Part shown: positions 1 to 11,728 of the stretch, in pieces
Position numbering within the stretch: the first letter of the stretch is position 1
Layout: each line of letters starts with the position of its first letter
Assembly (NCBI GenBank): GCA_965279565.1
Contig: OZ257249.1
Span: 3,644,750-3,708,749, forward strand
DNA: 64,000 bases
Direction of reading: 5' to 3'
Origin: Tagaea sp.
GTDB taxonomy: Bacteria; Pseudomonadota; Alphaproteobacteria; CACIAM-22H2
The notes under the pieces: model-generated
Told to the model about the DNA's origin: nothing
The model's database searches: none
Seen by the model: only the letters and a program-made list of their open reading frames with translations
Program-made: the position numbers and the translations under genes

Positions 1-420
1 GACGAGCTTGTCGTTCGGGATGTCGTTGACGTCGAGGAACGCCTTGAGAAGATGGATCGACGAGATTGCGACGATCGACGAGGCAAGCTTGATCTTGAGC
101 GAGCCCGCGTCGAGCTTGCCGAACCACGAGAGCTTGTCCTCCGCTTCGCCGAGATCGATCCGGCTGACGAAATTCTCGTAACCGGAAATCACGACCATGA
201 CGATCAGGTTCGCCACCATGACGACGTCGACGAGCGTCAGGACCGCAAGCACGACCTTGGACTCGCCCATCGACCAGATGTCCGTCGACAGATGGACGAG
301 TTCGAGGACGAACTTGATCGACAGCATCACCAGCACCGCGACCAGCCCCAGATAGAGCGGCACCTGGAGCCAGCGGCTGGAGAAAATGATCTTCTCGATT
401 GCGCGTTCGACCGGATTCAT
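1..420 (-). CDS. TIGR00645/UPF0114 (YqhA-like) membrane protein, 3' end truncated by window edge
   Basis: Not in the ORF track. Manual translation from ATG 420 gives MNPVERAIEKIIFSSRWLQVPLYLGL...YENFVSRID...WFGKLDAGSLKIKLASSIVAISSIHLL, the UPF0114 signature. ATGA overlap with the upstream stop at 417-419. Confidence 0.9.
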   Translation of the reverse strand, partial: MNPVERAIEKIIFSSRWLQVPLYLGLVAVLVMLSIKFVLELVHLSTDIWSMGESKVVLAVLTLVDVVMVANLIVMVVISGYENFVSRIDLGEAEDKLSWFGKLDAGSLKIKLASSIVAISSIHLLKAFLDVNDIPNDKLV

Positions 421-1508
421 CGTTTTCCCCGCATGGATTCGAAGACTGCTTCGGCCTGTTCGACCGTCTCGGCGACGATCTGGGCGGCCGGACGTGCCGT
501 CGCCATGCGCGCACCCTGCCCCGCCCACATCACCATCAGGTCGGTCCTGCCCTGCTTCGCCGCTTCGGCGCGCAGCTGCGTGGTCAGCGCGTTCGTCACC
601 GGATAGGCCGGAAGCTCGGCGGCGTGCGGCGCCATTTCCTCGAAGTAGCGGGTGCGCACGCCGCGCGCGGGCCGGCCGGAAACCGCGCGCGTCACGCTTG
701 TGCCCGTGTCGTCGATCTTGCCGAGCGCTTCCTTGTGCAGCGGATGCGTACCGGCCTCGGGTGCCGCGAGGAATGCGGTTCCCATCGCCGCGGCCGAAGC
801 GCCGAGCGAAAGTGCCGCCGCAAGGCCGCGCCCGTCCATGATGCCGCCTGCCGCAATGACAGGCACCTTCACCGCGTCGGCGATCTGCGGAACCAGCGCC
901 ATCGTGCCGATAAGCGAATCCTCGAACCGCCCCGCGAACGTGCCGCGATGGCCGCCGGCTTCGGCACCTTGCGCAAGGATCGCATCCACCCCCTGGGATT
1001 CGAGCGTCTTCGCCTCGGTAACATTCGTCGCCGTGCCGATCACGAACACGCCGCGCGCCTTCAGCGCCGCCGTCTTGCGCGCACCGATGGCGCCGAATGT
1101 GCTGCTGAAGACCGGCGGTGCAAGATCGAGGACGGTTTCGAACTGCGCCTCGAAATCCTCCGCCCACTTGGCCGGCGGGGCGGCGTTCGTCTCCATGCCG
1201 AGCTCGAGCCGGTACTTGGCGAGCAGCGCGTTGGCGAAGGCAACTTCGGAGGGCTTCGCCTCGGCCGGGGCCAGCACGAAGAGATTGACGGCGAAGGGAC
1301 GGTCGGTCGCCGCACGGATCGCGGCGACCTGGCTGCGGATCGCGGCCGGTGCGACCGTCGCGGCGGCGAACGAACCGAGCGCGCCCGCGTTCGACACGGC
1401 GGCGACAAGCTCCGGTGTCGTCATGCCGCCCGCCATCGGGGCCTGGACGACGGGGTGTGCGATGCCCAGAAGCTGCGTGAGGCGTGTGGCCAGTGCCATC
1501 GCGCTCAA
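417..1508 (-). CDS. Nitronate monooxygenase family FMN oxidoreductase
   Basis: PVVQAPMAGG, AQGAEAGGHRG, VIAAGGIMDGRG, MGTAFL and WAGQ motifs. Start is TTG 1508 or ATG 1499. Confidence 0.9.
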   Translation of the reverse strand: MSAMALATRLTQLLGIAHPVVQAPMAGGMTTPELVAAVSNAGALGSFAAATVAPAAIRSQVAAIRAATDRPFAVNLFVLAPAEAKPSEVAFANALLAKYRLELGMETNAAPPAKWAEDFEAQFETVLDLAPPVFSSTFGAIGARKTAALKARGVFVIGTATNVTEAKTLESQGVDAILAQGAEAGGHRGTFAGRFEDSLIGTMALVPQIADAVKVPVIAAGGIMDGRGLAAALSLGASAAAMGTAFLAAPEAGTHPLHKEALGKIDDTGTSVTRAVSGRPARGVRTRYFEEMAPHAAELPAYPVTNALTTQLRAEAAKQGRTDLMVMWAGQGARMATARPAAQIVAETVEQAEAVFESMRGKR

Positions 1509-2674
1509 CCCGGTTTGCGCAGCAGGAACTCGCGGCCGACCTTGACCGACGGGCGGCCGTCATACTCGACGATATCGGCCGTGGCGTAGGTCTCGGTCCA
1601 GACTTCGGGAAGGTACGAGCCCGTCCCGACCGTATCGATCGGCGCGTTCGCGACGGCCATCGTCTTGCACTTGGCCGGCGTGAATCCGGACGAGGCGACG
1701 ATGCGCACCTTGGCAAAACCCGCCTTGTCGAGCGATTCGCGCATGTGCCAGATCGCGGCGGCCGAAACGCCGGTACCCGTCAGGTACCGAAGTTCCTGCT
1801 CCGTGCGGTAGCCGCGAAGCGACAGCGGCGCGTTGCGCTCGAGCACGTCGTAGGATTTCGCGAGATCGAGCCCTTCGATGTAGCGGCCGCCATGCGTATC
1901 GAGGCGCACAGCCAGCCGGCCGGACTGCGCGACCTCCGGAAAGCGGCGGCAGACTTCGAGCGAGTCCGTCACCTCGCGGCCGAAGTAGTCGACCAGCACC
2001 GTGACGTTCTCGGTCGTGAAGACCTCGAGCAGCATCTCGGCCGCGCGCAGCGTCGAACCGGCATAGCCGATCAGCGCGTGCGGCATCGTGCCGTAGCCGG
2101 CCTTCTGGCCGAAATAGTGCGCGGTCGCGTCGGTGGCGTTGCCCGTGAAGCCCTTCGCACCCACCTCGCGGCGGGCCGCTTCCGATCCGACCGACGCGGC
2201 GTAGGCCATCATCTCGGCCATCTCGGAACCCGCGCAGTGGCGCGCGTCCATCGCGAGGAACGCCGTGCGCGGCAGGTCGACGCACATCGTATAGGCGTTG
2301 TAGGCCGCGACGCACGCGGGCCCGAGCTTCTGCAGATAGAGCGTCTCGAGATCGACGAGATGGAAGAGCGAGCCCGAGATGTACATCAGCGGATCGCCGG
2401 CACCCGTCCACTCGCCTTCCTTGTGGCGCAGGTCGATGTCGAACTTGGTGCCGCGCGCGATTGCGATCCGCTCGAGCCATTCCACCGCCAGGCGCGGCGC
2501 CGACACGACCGGGCGGCGCATGAAGACCGCATAGGTTACGCGCTTGTCGCCGAAGCGGGCCACGGCGGCTTTCGTCTTGTTGAAGTAGTGGTCGGTCAGG
2601 CGCGCGACGGCGCTTTCGTCCGGGATGCGGCCGAGCTGGCTGGGTTCTGGATCGGATGCGCGTCCGTCGGCCAT
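1505..2674 (-). CDS. Nicotinate/quinolinate phosphoribosyltransferase-like protein
   Basis: C-terminal 389 aa of track ORF 1505..3898, from ATG 2674 with SD-like AAGGAAAGG. Motifs TDHYF, MDARH, GTMPHALIG, RLDTHG and ASSGF fit a type II PRTase. Confidence 0.75.
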   Translation of the reverse strand: MADGRASDPEPSQLGRIPDESAVARLTDHYFNKTKAAVARFGDKRVTYAVFMRRPVVSAPRLAVEWLERIAIARGTKFDIDLRHKEGEWTGAGDPLMYISGSLFHLVDLETLYLQKLGPACVAAYNAYTMCVDLPRTAFLAMDARHCAGSEMAEMMAYAASVGSEAARREVGAKGFTGNATDATAHYFGQKAGYGTMPHALIGYAGSTLRAAEMLLEVFTTENVTVLVDYFGREVTDSLEVCRRFPEVAQSGRLAVRLDTHGGRYIEGLDLAKSYDVLERNAPLSLRGYRTEQELRYLTGTGVSAAAIWHMRESLDKAGFAKVRIVASSGFTPAKCKTMAVANAPIDTVGTGSYLPEVWTETYATADIVEYDGRPSVKVGREFLLRKPG

Positions 2675-2712
2675 TGCGGGCCCTTTCCTTGACGCCGGCG
2701 ACCGGCGACGTG

Positions 2713-4101
2713 TCAGTCGTCGTCGCCGACCGCGCGCAGGCGGGTGTCGGCCGCGCGCTGGGCGCGAAGCTTCTCCGCGATCAGGAAGGCGAGTTCCAGC
2801 GCCTGCGTGCCGTTGAGGCGCGGGTCGCAGTGCGTGTGGTAGCGGTCGCCGAGGGCGGCGTCCTGGATGGCCTCTGCACCGCCGATGCATTCCGTCACGT
2901 TCTGGCCAGTCATCTCGAAATGCACGCCGCCGGCATAGACGTTCTCGGCGCGGCAGACGTCGAAGAAGCCGCGCATCTCGGCGAGGATGCGGTCGAAGGG
3001 CCGCGTCTTGTAGCCAGACGCCGACTTGATCGTGTTGCCGTGCATGGGATCGCAGCTCCACACGACCTTGCGCCCCTCGCGCGCGACCTTGCGCACCAGC
3101 GGCGGCAGCTTGGCGGCGACCTTGTCGTCGCCCATGCGCGCGATCAGCGTCAGACGGCCCGGCTCGTTGTCGGGATTGAGCGCGTCGATCAGGCGGATCA
3201 GCTCGTCCGGATCGCTGGTCGGCCCGCACTTGAGGCCGATCGGGTTCTTGATGCCGCGGCAGAATTCGACGTGCGCGCCGTCGAGCTGGCGCGTGCGGTC
3301 GCCGATCCACACCATGTGCGCCGAGCAGTCGTACCAGTCGCCCGACGTGCTGTCGACGCGGGTCAGCGATTCCTCGTAGGGCAGCAGGAGCGCCTCGTGA
3401 CTCGTGAAGAACGACGCCTCGTGGATCTGCGGCACGGCTTCCGGCGTGATGCCGCAGGCCGACATGAACTGCAGCGAGTCCGATATGCGGTCGGCGAGTT
3501 CGCGGAACTTCTCGCCCGCCGAACTGCGATCGACGAAGCCGAGCGTCCAGCCATGGACGCGGTGCAGGTCGGCGTAGCCGCCGCGCGCGAAGGCACGCAG
3601 CAGGTTCAGCGTGGCGGCCGACTGCGAATAGACCTGCAGCATGCGTTCGGCCGCCGGTGCGCGGGCTGCCGCGTCGAATTCGATGCCGTTGATGATGTCG
3701 CCGCGATAGGTGGGCAGCGTCACGCCGCCCACCGTCTCGTCGTCGGACGAGCGCGGCTTGGCGAACTGGCCTGCCATCCGGCCAACCTTCACGACCGGCA
3801 GGCCGCCGGCATACATGAGGACGACGGTCATCTGCAGGATGACCTTGAACGTGTCGCGGATGTTGTTGGCCGAGAACTCGGCGAAGCTCTCGGCGCAATC
3901 GCCGCCTTGGAGCAGAACGGCCTTACCTTCGGCAACGCGGGCGAGCTGGGCCTTGAGCTCGCGCGCCTCGCCTGCAAAAACGAGCGGCGGGTAGGACGCG
4001 AGCTTCTTCTCGACCGACGCCAGCGACGCGGCATCGGGATAAGCGGGCATCTGGCGCGCAGGACGGTTGCGCCAGCTGTCGGGCGTCCATTTGGCAGGCA
4101 T
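2713..4101 (-). CDS. aroG: Class II 3-deoxy-7-phosphoheptulonate (DAHP) synthase
   Basis: [39 protein letters not shown] and CDPRLN motifs. Start placed at MPAKW (4101). Confidence 0.96.
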   Translation of the reverse strand: MPAKWTPDSWRNRPARQMPAYPDAASLASVEKKLASYPPLVFAGEARELKAQLARVAEGKAVLLQGGDCAESFAEFSANNIRDTFKVILQMTVVLMYAGGLPVVKVGRMAGQFAKPRSSDDETVGGVTLPTYRGDIINGIEFDAAARAPAAERMLQVYSQSAATLNLLRAFARGGYADLHRVHGWTLGFVDRSSAGEKFRELADRISDSLQFMSACGITPEAVPQIHEASFFTSHEALLLPYEESLTRVDSTSGDWYDCSAHMVWIGDRTRQLDGAHVEFCRGIKNPIGLKCGPTSDPDELIRLIDALNPDNEPGRLTLIARMGDDKVAAKLPPLVRKVAREGRKVVWSCDPMHGNTIKSASGYKTRPFDRILAEMRGFFDVCRAENVYAGGVHFEMTGQNVTECIGGAEAIQDAALGDRYHTHCDPRLNGTQALELAFLIAEKLRAQRAADTRLRAVGDDD

Positions 4102-4226
4102 GTTTGTCCCCAAGCTTGGTTGGGGATAAACTATAGGGCGGCTTTCGCATCTGCAACCGATCCCTTTTAACCCGGCGGATCAAGATGTTGACGGCAGGAC
4201 TTGAAGCGTCCACAACGGTCGGCGTC

Positions 4227-5033
4227 ATGCTCGAGGATTTCCTGTTTGTCGCTTCCAAGCTTCTGGGTCCGCTCACGGATCCACGCGTGGCGCTCTATTT
4301 TGTCCTTGTTGCTGGAGTCGCCCTCCTGTGGACCCCCTGGCGACGCGCGGCACGACTGATCCTGACAGCCACGCTGATTGTCGGGTTCGTCCTGAGTTCC
4401 TCGCCCGTCGGCGCGATCCTCGTGAACTGGATCGAGAACCGGATTCCGCCGCCGGCGACGCTGCCCGACCGGGTCGACGGCATCGTCGTGCTTGGCGGCG
4501 ACGTGAATAGCCGGATGATGCGTCTGCGCCCGGTTACGCCCGGGTTCAATCCGACGCGGCAGATTGCGCTCGCCGACCTCGCGCGACGCTACCCGTCGGC
4601 CAAGCTCATCTATAGCGGTGGTTCGGGGCAATTACTCGACCGGACCGATACGGATTCCGACGGTGCGCGGCTGCTCCTGCCCGTCCTCGGCCTCGATCCC
4701 GCGCGCGTGATCTTCGAGGACCGCTCGCGCAATACCTACGAGAACGCAGTCTTCTCGCGCGAGATCGCCGGTCCGGTCGAAGGCGAGACCTGGCTGCTCG
4801 TGACTTCCGCCTTCCACATGCCCCGCTCGATCGGAAACTTCCGGCGGGCCGGATGGAAGATCATCCCCTATCCGGTGGGTTACATGACGCCGCCGGACAC
4901 CGCCGCGGACTGGTCACCATCGCTTACGTTCGATGGCCGCATGGGAATGCTCGCTGTGGCGCTAAGGGAGTTCGCCGGTTTTGCCTACTACTACGCGACA
5001 GGCCGAACCGACGCGCTGATCCCCGGCCTCTAG
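4227..5033 (+). CDS. YdcF/ElyC-like DUF218 family membrane protein
   Basis: N-terminal TM segments, GIVVLGG, SGGSG, EDRSRNTYENA and LVTSAFHMPRS. Start 4227 preferred; 4185 possible. Confidence 0.9.
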   Translation: MLEDFLFVASKLLGPLTDPRVALYFVLVAGVALLWTPWRRAARLILTATLIVGFVLSSSPVGAILVNWIENRIPPPATLPDRVDGIVVLGGDVNSRMMRLRPVTPGFNPTRQIALADLARRYPSAKLIYSGGSGQLLDRTDTDSDGARLLLPVLGLDPARVIFEDRSRNTYENAVFSREIAGPVEGETWLLVTSAFHMPRSIGNFRRAGWKIIPYPVGYMTPPDTAADWSPSLTFDGRMGMLAVALREFAGFAYYYATGRTDALIPGL

Positions 5034-5941
5034 CGTGCGGGGCCTGCCAGCAGTACGCGCGCCTTGCGCGCTTCCTCGGCGACGAAATCCACGAAGGCAC
5101 GCAGGCGCGCGAGTTCGCGCACGTCACGATGATAGACCAGCCACAGGTCGGTCCGCTGCACGCGCGACGGCGGCAACAGGCAGACGAGCCGTCGGTCGAG
5201 CTCGGCCATGTAACTCGGCAGTACGCCGGCGCCGATGCCTGCCGCCACGGCCGCATACTGGCTGGCGAGCGAATTGCTGACGAGAACGGGACGTGCCCCA
5301 ACCGGGGTGCACGCAGCCGCAAGCCATCGAGCCAGCCGCATGTCGGCATAGCTCTCGTCGAAGCCGACGACGGGATAGAGGTCAGGCTCGAACGTTCCCG
5401 GTCTGGCCGAATACTTCCGGCAGAAAGCCCGCTCGGCATAGACGCCATAGCCGATCTCGCCGACCGACCGCGCGACGAGCGATCCGCCCGTGGGACGCAC
5501 AAGCCGGAGCGCGACGTCCGCTTCCCGGCGCGCAAGGCTCAGCGTCGAATTATCGGCGACGACCTCGATCCTCAGGTCGGGATGGCGTGCCATTAGTTGC
5601 GGCAGGCGCGGGATCAGGAAATGCGACGACAGTGTTTCGGTCGCGGTCACCCGCAGCGTGCCGCCGACCCGCGCGTCGCCGCCCTCCGCACGCCGTGCGA
5701 GCGCGTCGGCCGCGATCTCCATATCCTCGGCCATCGCGCGGATTTCGGCACCCCGCGCGGTCGGCACGTAGCCGTCGCGTGACCGGTCGAACAGCCGACT
5801 GCCGAGCGCCTTTTCGAGGGCAGCGATGCGCCGACCGACGGTCGTGTGTTCCACACCCAGCGTGCGTGACGCCGCCGATAGGCTGCCCGCCCGGCAGACC
5901 GCGAGGAAAAAGGCGATGTCGTTCCAGTCGATGCGGGTCAT
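5030..5941 (-). CDS. LysR family transcriptional regulator
   Basis: N-terminal HTH (DWNDIAFFLAVCRAGSLSAASRTLGVEHTTVGRRI) and substrate-binding domain (READVALRL). Divergent from the DMT gene. Confidence 0.95.
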   Translation of the reverse strand: MTRIDWNDIAFFLAVCRAGSLSAASRTLGVEHTTVGRRIAALEKALGSRLFDRSRDGYVPTARGAEIRAMAEDMEIAADALARRAEGGDARVGGTLRVTATETLSSHFLIPRLPQLMARHPDLRIEVVADNSTLSLARREADVALRLVRPTGGSLVARSVGEIGYGVYAERAFCRKYSARPGTFEPDLYPVVGFDESYADMRLARWLAAACTPVGARPVLVSNSLASQYAAVAAGIGAGVLPSYMAELDRRLVCLLPPSRVQRTDLWLVYHRDVRELARLRAFVDFVAEEARKARVLLAGPAR

Positions 5942-5950
5942 TCTCTTAAT

Positions 5951-5977
5951 GTGCATTTTTGCACGATAATTTTGCAA
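5951..5977. promoter_or_regulatory. Candidate LysR operator(s): TTGCA-N9-TGCAA (5959-5977) overlapping GTGCA-TTTT-TGCAC (5951-5964)
   Basis: AT-rich inverted repeats in the divergent lysR/DMT spacer, the usual site of an LTTR recognition box. Confidence 0.55.
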
Positions 5978-6047
5978 TACATATCATTTATCTGCACATA
6001 CGGCGGACCTAGCTTGCGGACCATGCCTTGACCCTAGGAGTCTCTCC

Positions 6048-7016
6048 ATGGCCGTCGTCCACAGCTTCCCGCGCTTTCTCATTCCTCCGACCGTTCCGGT
6101 CGCAACGCCCGAACCACGCGACCGTGCGCTGCTCTACGGCACACTCGGCGGTATCGCCGCCGCGACGCTCTATGCCGGCTGGGCCGTCGTCTCGCGCATG
6201 GGTACGCTCCAGAACGTCGACGCATACGACCTCACTGCGCTACGCTACTTCGTCGCCGCGATCGTGCTGCTGCCGGTCTTCCTCGGCCTGAAGTTCGACG
6301 GCAACGGAATCGCCGGCGTGACGTGGACCCGCATCGCGGCCCTGACGGCCGTCGCAGGTCTTCCCTACGGGCTTGCCGTCTATACCGGCTACCAGTTCGC
6401 CCCCGCCGGGCACGGTGCAGTGCTGATCCCCGGCGCCATCGTCGTATTCTCGACGATCCTGGGCATCGCCTTCCTGGGCGAGAAGCTCGCTGGCTGGCGC
6501 ATCGTCGGCCTTGCCGCCGTCGTCGGGGGGATCCTCGCACTCGGCGGCGCCAGCTTTGCCGACGGCATGCCCGGCCAATGGCGCGGCCATCTGCTCTTCG
6601 TCGTCGCCGGTGCAGCGTGGGCCGCGTATACGGTCGCCGCGCGTGCCTGGAAGGTTCCGCCCGTCGCGACGACCGCCATCGTCACCGTGATCTCGGCCGT
6701 CGCTTACCTGCCGTTCTATCTCGCCGGGGCGGGCACGCGCCTGCTCGAGTTGCCGGCCGCCACGCTGCTGCTGCAGGCAGGCTATCAGGGCATCGCCGTC
6801 GGCGTCGTCGCGGTGATCCTCTATACGCGGGTCGTCGGCTGGCTGGGTGCCGCACGCACGTCGGCCTTCACGGCGCTGGTCCCGGCCATCGCGACGCTCA
6901 TGGCCGTCGTGCTGCTCGACGAGCCGCTGCACACGGCGGGTATTGTGGGCCTGGCGCTGGTCTCGCTCGGAATGGTCGCCTCGGTCGCCGGCAGCCTCGG
7001 CGGGGTGAAGCGCTGA
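6048..7016 (+). CDS. DMT/EamA family transporter
   Basis: About 10 hydrophobic helices in two EamA repeats (LTALRYFVA, APAGHGAVL, FLGEKL, LLDEPL). Confidence 0.93.
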   Translation: MAVVHSFPRFLIPPTVPVATPEPRDRALLYGTLGGIAAATLYAGWAVVSRMGTLQNVDAYDLTALRYFVAAIVLLPVFLGLKFDGNGIAGVTWTRIAALTAVAGLPYGLAVYTGYQFAPAGHGAVLIPGAIVVFSTILGIAFLGEKLAGWRIVGLAAVVGGILALGGASFADGMPGQWRGHLLFVVAGAAWAAYTVAARAWKVPPVATTAIVTVISAVAYLPFYLAGAGTRLLELPAATLLLQAGYQGIAVGVVAVILYTRVVGWLGAARTSAFTALVPAIATLMAVVLLDEPLHTAGIVGLALVSLGMVASVAGSLGGVKR

Positions 7017-8378
7017 TCAGCGCTTCACTTTCTCGCGCATCAGGACGAACTCTTCGGCCGCAGTCGGGTGAATCGCCACTGTGCGGTCGAAGTCCTTCTT
7101 GGTGAGACCGGCCTTCACCGCGATCGCGACACCCTGGATGATCTCGGGCGCATCCGTCCCGACCATGTGGACGCCGCGCACGCGACCGGTCGCCGCCTCG
7201 ACGACGAGTTTCATCATCGTCTTTTCCTCGCGGCCGGAGATCGTGTGCTTCATCGGCCGGAACGTCGCGCGATAGATGTCCACACCGTCCGCACCGAACA
7301 GGCGCACGGCCTCCGCCTCGGTGATGCCGACCGTGCCGACGGGCGGCTGGCTGAATACCGCCGACGGCACGTCGGAATGGTCCATCGACATCGGGTTGTC
7401 GTTGAACAGCGTCTCGGCCAGTCCGCGTCCCTCGGCGATGGCGACCGGCGTGAGGTTGAGGCGGTTCGTCACGTCGCCGATCGCGTAGATGCCGGGCACG
7501 GTCGTGCACTGCCATTCGTCGACGGCAACGGCCCCGCGCTTGTCGAGATGCACGCCGACTTCTTCCAGCCCCATATCGCCGGTATTGGGCACGCGGCCCG
7601 TCGCGTACATGATCCGGTCGGCCTCGAGCGAGCCGCCGCTTTCCAGCGTCGCGCGGTCACCCGTCGTGGTGCGATCGATACGCGCGATCTTCTCGCCCGT
7701 CCGGATAGCGATGCCCTGCTTCTTCAACTCGGCCGTCAGATGGTCGCGCACGTCCTCGTCAAAGCCGCGCAGGATCTTGTCGCCGCGGATGACAATGGTC
7801 ACCTCCGAACCGGCGGCATGGAAAATGCCGGCGAACTCGACCGCGATGAACCCGCCACCCGCGATGACGACGCGGCGCGGAAGCGCCGTCAAATCGAGCG
7901 CCTCGTTCGACGTGATCGTGTGCTCGATGCCGGGAATCTCCGGCCGTTCGGGCCGGCCACCGCTCGCGATCAGGATATATTTCGACGTGAAGGTCTTGCC
8001 GTCGATCTCGACCGTATGCGCGTCCTTCAGCCGTGCATGGCCCAGCATCGTCTCGACCTTCGCGCCCGAAAGCAGGTTCTTGTAGATGCCTTCTAGCCGG
8101 TCAGTCTCGCGGTTCTTCGCCGCGACGAGCTTGCCCCAGTCGAGCGAACCCTCGACCGTCCAGCCATAGCCGCGCGCGTCCGCCATCTCGTGCGCGAAAT
8201 GGGTCCCGTAGATGAGCAGCTTTTTCGGCACGCAGCCGCGCAGCACGCACGTGCCGCCCACGCGCCAGTTCTCGGCGATCGCGACGCGCGCACCGTAGCT
8301 CGCCGCCCGGCGTGAACCGGCGACGCCGCCGGATCCGGCACCGATCGTGAAAAGGTCGTAGTCGTAGCCGCCCGGCAT
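7017..8378 (-). CDS. gor: Glutathione-disulfide reductase
   Basis: YDLFTIGAGSGG, redox motif GGTCVLRGCVPKK and C-terminal HPTAAEE. Real start ATG 8378 overlaps the gabD TGA. Confidence 0.96.
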   Translation of the reverse strand: MPGGYDYDLFTIGAGSGGVAGSRRAASYGARVAIAENWRVGGTCVLRGCVPKKLLIYGTHFAHEMADARGYGWTVEGSLDWGKLVAAKNRETDRLEGIYKNLLSGAKVETMLGHARLKDAHTVEIDGKTFTSKYILIASGGRPERPEIPGIEHTITSNEALDLTALPRRVVIAGGGFIAVEFAGIFHAAGSEVTIVIRGDKILRGFDEDVRDHLTAELKKQGIAIRTGEKIARIDRTTTGDRATLESGGSLEADRIMYATGRVPNTGDMGLEEVGVHLDKRGAVAVDEWQCTTVPGIYAIGDVTNRLNLTPVAIAEGRGLAETLFNDNPMSMDHSDVPSAVFSQPPVGTVGITEAEAVRLFGADGVDIYRATFRPMKHTISGREEKTMMKLVVEAATGRVRGVHMVGTDAPEIIQGVAIAVKAGLTKKDFDRTVAIHPTAAEEFVLMREKVKR

Positions 8379-9865
8379 CAGATCCCGCCCATGCAGAGGT
8401 ATTTGACCTCCATGAACTCGTCGAGGCCGTATTTCGAGCCCTCGCGGCCAATCCCGGATTCCTTCACGCCGCCGAACGGCGCCACTTCGGTCGTGATCAG
8501 GCCCGTGTTGATGCCGACCATGCCGTATTCCAGCGCTTCGGAAACGCGCCACACGCGGCCGATGTCGCGGCTGTAGAAATACGCCGCCAGGCCGAACTCG
8601 GTGTCGTTCGCGAGCTTGATCGCCTCCTCTTCTGTCTTGAAACGGAACAGCGGCGACAGCGGCCCGAAGGTTTCCTCGCGCGCGACGGCCATGTCGGTCG
8701 TCACATCGCGCAGGATCGACAGCTCGAAGAAGTTGCCGCCCAGCGCGTGGCGCTTGCCGCCGACGACGACCTTGGCACCCTTCGCGACGGCGTCCTGCAC
8801 GTGGCGTTCGACCTTCTCGACCGCCTTGACGTTGATCAGCGGGCCGTTGGTGGCTCCCGCTTCGGTCCCCGGCCCGACCTTGAGCTTGCCGACGGCGGCC
8901 GCGAGCTTCTCGGCGAACCTGTCGTAGACCGCGTCCTGCACATAGAAACGGTTCGCGCACACGCAGGTCTGGCCGCTGTTGCGGTACTTGGAAATGATCG
9001 CGCCTTCGACGGCCGCGTCGAGATCGGCGTCGTCGAACACGATGAACGGCGCGTTGCCGCCCAGTTCCAGCGACACCTTCTTCACGGTCGGGGCACTCTG
9101 CGCCATCAGCAGCTTGCCGACGGCGGTCGAGCCGGTGAAGCCGATCTTCCGCACGACCGGATTTCCGGTGAGCTCCTTGCCGATGGCAGGCGCATCGCCC
9201 GTCACGATGTTGAGCACGCCCTTGGGCACGCCCGCGCGCTCGGCGAGCACGGCCAGCGCATAGGCCGAATAGGGCGTGAATTCCGACGGTTTCAGCACCA
9301 CCGTGCAACCCGCCGCGATGGCCGGCCCCGCCTTGCGCGTGATCATGCTGCAGGGGAAGTTCCACGGCGTGATCGCACCGACGACGCCGATGGGCTCCTT
9401 GACCACGACGAGGCGTTTGTCGGGGAACGTCGTCGGGATCGTGTCGCCGTAGGCGCGCTTGGCTTCCTCGCCGAACCATTCGAGATAGGCAGCCCCGATG
9501 GTGACCTCGCCCTTTGCCTCGGCGAGCACCTTGCCCTGCTCGCTGGTCATGATCATGGCAAGATCATCGACATTGGCCATCATCAGGTCGGCCCATTTGC
9601 GCATGATGCCGGCGCGCTCCTTGCCGGTCTTCCGGCGCCAGGCCGGCAGCGCCTTGGCCGCCGCGTCGATCGCGCGCTTCGTCTCGACCGCTCCCATCAG
9701 CGGCGTGGTGCCAAGCGTGGCACCCGTCGCCGGGTTGTCGACCGCGATCGCCTTCTTCGTGTCCGCGTCCACCCACGTGCCATCGACGTAGCATTGCTGC
9801 CGGAAGAGTGTCGGGTCCTTGAGGGCAATGCCGGTCGGTCCGGCGGTGCGGGCAGGTTCGGCCAT
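8378..9865 (-). CDS. gabD: NAD(P)-dependent succinate-semialdehyde dehydrogenase
   Basis: ITPWNFP, FTGSTAVGK, LELGGNAP, GQTCVC, EETFGP and GREGSKYG motifs. Confidence 0.93.
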   Translation of the reverse strand: MAEPARTAGPTGIALKDPTLFRQQCYVDGTWVDADTKKAIAVDNPATGATLGTTPLMGAVETKRAIDAAAKALPAWRRKTGKERAGIMRKWADLMMANVDDLAMIMTSEQGKVLAEAKGEVTIGAAYLEWFGEEAKRAYGDTIPTTFPDKRLVVVKEPIGVVGAITPWNFPCSMITRKAGPAIAAGCTVVLKPSEFTPYSAYALAVLAERAGVPKGVLNIVTGDAPAIGKELTGNPVVRKIGFTGSTAVGKLLMAQSAPTVKKVSLELGGNAPFIVFDDADLDAAVEGAIISKYRNSGQTCVCANRFYVQDAVYDRFAEKLAAAVGKLKVGPGTEAGATNGPLINVKAVEKVERHVQDAVAKGAKVVVGGKRHALGGNFFELSILRDVTTDMAVAREETFGPLSPLFRFKTEEEAIKLANDTEFGLAAYFYSRDIGRVWRVSEALEYGMVGINTGLITTEVAPFGGVKESGIGREGSKYGLDEFMEVKYLCMGGI

Positions 9866-9902
9866 CGGGAATCTCCAGACGTATGGGAATACGGAGCCGA
9901 GA

Positions 9903-11726
<1,824 letters not shown>

Positions 11727-11728
11727 GC

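Noticed and set aside
1505-3898. 797-aa ORF that looks like a fusion
   Set aside because: The N-terminal half is an off-frame overlay of the DAHP synthase gene. The real gene starts at 2674 with its own SD.
7017-9479. 820-aa ORF suggesting an extended gor
   Set aside because: The upstream part is an alternative frame of gabD. gor starts at 8378 through a TGATG overlap.
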